The position numbers and the translations under genes are program-made. Under the pieces are notes generated by a model that saw only the letters and a program-made list of their open reading frames with translations, was not told the DNA's origin and did not search any database. A stretch of DNA of 64,000 nt from Haliotis cracherodii. Taxonomy: Eukaryota. The stretch lies in assembly GCF_022045235.1 (NCBI RefSeq), contig NW_027266267.1, positions 29,016,001-29,080,000 of the forward strand, in the 5' to 3' direction. Shown here piece by piece: positions 60,030-64,000 of this stretch (the stretch's first letter is position 1; each line of letters opens with the position of its first letter).

Positions 60030-62841
60030 TACTGACAGACAATAGAAATGTAACACTATTTATCACATTTCTAACACAAAAACAGGTACCATTTCTTAGG
60101 TCGGATGTAACCGGCTAAACTACAAAGACCCACCAGTATTGTTGGAACAGGTCGCTGCAGTAACACAGGAACAGAATAAGAACATTACCATGGTCCGACG
60201 AACAACTATGAACTCATTCCTGTGGCACCTGTTGTTGAAGTAATTGAAATCAGTATTCGTATCCAGTGTGTTCATGCTGTATTAGGCTATTCCATGAGTG
60301 ATGCTGAACATTTTCTACGCACGCGTTACTTATTAGTGAACAATATACTGAAGAACAACGATCACATAATACGTTGAAACACACGAACAAATGTATATAG
60401 AATGTGAAAACACTTTACATCATAATATCTCGTTTTAAACCAGAAAACGTGCAGTCAGTGTATGATTTATCAACCACTCATTTTCTAGTTATAATACATA
60501 CGAGGACGTATAATAATCAACTACACTTAGGATGTGATGTACATTTAAAAGTGATGCAGAAGGCTATCAAGATTACATGAATTCCCTTGCTCACAGCACA
60601 GCATAAACATAAGGGTAGATGCCTTGTCATAACACTACTGTCATATATGATAAATAAGTAGAACGTATTAAATGAGGATAAACAGTAATGTGATCATCGA
60701 TAAATTATTTTCTTATGCGAACATAACCCAAGTAAAGAGCTTACAAACAACAATATTGATATTTTTTCAGAATATACACATTAATACGGTATTCTTATCG
60801 GCAAATTAAACACCTGAAGTGTCTTCCAAGCATCATGTTTAACTGAGTAAGTAGTGGTGATATTAATGTGTGATTAATGATTTAAAACTTGCAACATGGT
60901 TTTTTTTGTGATCGACTCAGTGCATACATGTTTGTAATGTCATGACCATCGAAACCAAGCAATGTTCAAAAGACCTTGACATACGTTTAATAAATGCATA
61001 AGTTGGATTAAATAAAGGTATGTGGAACTAAAAAACGGTCAACGTAAGAATATGAGAAGGTGCAACGCTGAAAACTATTTTTCTATTTTGAAGCTGATCA
61101 TAACCAACTTATTTTTAACGACACTTTATTCTAATGGCTGCATCTAGACTTAAAACCAAACGCAATAAAAGTTTCTAAATCTATATATTGTGTGCATGTG
61201 CGATAGCATTGCTATGCATATGTCTGCACTATGCTTGGATAGATTCAAGCTTGACAGCCAGCCTTAACTTGACGATGTTCATATATAACCATCCAAGTAC
61301 ATACTGAAGCATTTCAAAAAAATTAAACTGTTTCACAAGTTCATCTAAGCGAGGAAAAATTGAAATAATAGTAATAAGCGAAACGCTCCTCTTTAAAATC
61401 TCACATTTACATATTAAACCCCTCCTATCAACCTTGAACAAAATCTCCATCTTCAGATGTTTAGGTTTCATTTAGATGTGCATGCTTCGTTTTACCAAGT
61501 GTAACAAGTGGAACGTGGATTGTAAAAGATAAACCTTAATTACACCAAATTGTTATTTTCCAGCGTCTACATGTACATGCAATGCAATATACTCGTGAAA
61601 TAGGCAATTGAATGACTTACAGACAACTGTCGGACCTCCGTCATCGATCCAGGTGACCATGACCCTGGCGTTGGTCACGTGACATGTGTATGTCAGATTT
61701 AAGTAATTGGGTTTCATAGGTGAAATAGAGTTGGGAGTTGGTATGAATATCTATTTATAGTTGCATGTAACGCTATGTGCCACATCTAGTAAGTTTGATG
61801 ACAGTTGCAAATTATATGAACGATGACATTTTACTTTTGCCGATGGTTTTATGCATGTGTTGAACGAAGTGACTTAAAACATTTTCTGTGTTATGCTTTA
61901 CCAGACATTTGACCAGTGATACGCATGAGAAGGATATAAATACGGAAAAGGTTGATTTCTGCAGAAATACTCTTTGTGTTTAAAAATGTATGCTGTCTGA
62001 TCAAATATATAAACTGCAGATCGGCATGATAATTTGTATCCATTAAATACATGCTGAACTCTTTCTTGGATGGAAGTGAACCTACTATTACATACGAACA
62101 TACAAATGGCTGTCCCTTTCCTGTGTATCATAGCAATTCCAACATCTTTGTAACAAACATGTGTACAAATCAACAATGCTCTGCACTGTCAATATACCAA
62201 GACTTACAGTAGCTATTTTATGGTAGGATGGTATTATGTCCATAATATGAAAACTTAAATGATATTTGAATGAGAGATGAAGGCTCATATCACATATATC
62301 ATATGAAAAAAATCTTTCAAAGTCTGTCCTCTGTATAAAATAAGGCGCGCACTATTTTAACATGCTAAAATTATATTGATTTCAAGGGAAATATTTGATC
62401 ATTTACGTTTTCTTAAAAAAGGAAATACATACTAATCGGTGAGGTAACGTTCATATAATTTTAAATGCAGTAAATAACGGTCACGTTTGTTCCTCTCTTA
62501 TTATACGGTCTTTATTTATGTATATGTGTCGGCCAAAAACGCTTTGAATTATCTGATTGAAAGTATTAGTGAATACTGAATTTTGTCTCCTCTAGCTTGC
62601 ATTTATAGAACATTTTTCAAGGATTTACTTAAATCAAAACGTCGATAAATTGGACAGGTAAAGATACGGAAACACGAAATAACTGATAATATATCGGTCA
62701 TTGTATTTTGTAAATACTTTAAAACTGGTTTATTTACTCCAGTATATACGTTTAATGTGGTTTTATGTGTTTAACTAATATGGAAATGGGTCTGAAATTG
62801 TAGTTTGTGCATGACTGGTTTATTTATATGGCTCAGAGAAA

Positions 62842-62971
62842 NNNNNNNNNNNNNNNNNNNNNNNNNNNNNNNNNNNNNNNNNNNNNNNNNNNNNNNNNNN
62901 NNNNNNNNNNNNNNNNNNNNNNNNNNNNNNNNNNNNNNNNNNNNNNNNNNNNNNNNNNNNNNNNNNNNNNN
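62842..62971. other. Assembly gap (N run)
   Basis: Ns. Confidence 1.
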
Positions 62972-64000
62972 GCGTACTATGTAAACAGACATATAATCAG
63001 TACTCAGCTGAAAGTAGATATGAGCGTACAGTTGTACCATAGGTATATCTAAATAAATACGACGAAATCTTTTATATTTTCATATGAAAGCTCTGCCATC
63101 CATTGCCCATTGTACAAATCCGACTTTATCATGAGCCTGTGTTTAGGAATCACTATCAAATAGTGAAACGTTCATGAAATATGTTAGAATATCTCTTGAT
63201 GTTTATACACACTCCATTTATGGAGTTTATTGTTAACTGTTTATTTATTAGACGTATACCATAACATTAATCGCACTATGTCACGGTATAATGATTTGGT
63301 ATAAATTAGGATCAGAACATCGAAACACATTGTTAAAAATTAAATTGATGCCATCTCAAATTTATTGGCCTTGTTTATATGTGTAGACATATACATTGTA
63401 ATTGTCCCACAGTGTTGTTCTGCTTTACTGTAACAGATAATATTTTAATCATGATACGTTACATGTGTTCGATTTGGGGTAGTTATGAATACTCTAATAC
63501 TCTTTTATCTACATTGATGTATATTTCATAAACTTGCTAGTTTGGTTAATATCTTAGTTTGCATGTGAGTATGTGCTTAAAAGCATGATTCTGTGAATAA
63601 CAACAGTTACTAAACAATCATGACTAACATGGGACGTATAAAAGGACTTTGAAGAAATATTTGAAATTATTCGTTAGGAGAAACAAGGTGATTTTCAATT
63701 TATACCCTACCTCTAAATATATCCAAATGCAATATTACAACACATAACTGTAACCTTCTGCACGTAGTAACGAAAGAGCTTTCTTGATAAGTAATCTCTG
63801 CAACATGCGTGGATGGTCATAATAAAGTCGTACTATTTTTACGTTGTATTCAATATTTTCTGCTGACGATCAACAGGTAATATTCCGAACTGTATTTCTT
63901 ATGTATAATTTACAATTACGATTAAACCATGTGACAGATTGATTTCTTTAATAATTCGAAATAATGATTTAAAACACAACAATCATCAGTATCGTTTAAA

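Noticed and set aside
60100-60240. Exon-like open frame VGCNRLNYKDPPVLLEQ...
   Set aside because: Competing weak exon readings on both strands and no homology recognised.

Overview
Eukaryotic, AT-rich, repeat-dense non-coding DNA with five N-gaps. It is most likely molluscan; the SINE families match what I recall from abalone (Haliotis), which is an inference. No intact protein-coding gene can be supported, and the long ORFs in the track are read-throughs of stop-free tandem repeats. About 17 kb is minisatellite (units of 25, 28, 32, 34, 35, 38, 42 and 50 bp plus one modular array), several with internal higher-order duplications. The only recognisable protein relics are two 5'-truncated, decayed copies of an R4/Dong-type non-LTR retrotransposon (CCHC knuckle plus restriction-enzyme-like endonuclease), each starting directly after an (AAY)n microsatellite. 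Several SINE-like families are present: tRNA-headed (one full copy with a 13-bp TSD), a family with no tRNA head whose 5' end folds into a pseudoknot, a Meta-like copy, and a 5S/CORE/Deu-like composite. Two CpG-rich promoter-like islands (16.4-16.7 kb and 44.6-45.0 kb) share an exact 13-mer. Other structures are an apparent ~545-bp inversion that splits a SINE and a satellite, and a 244-bp palindrome next to a gap. I cannot demonstrate a new biological system here; the best leads are the pseudoknot-headed retroposon, the AAY-targeting R4 family and the shared promoter motif.
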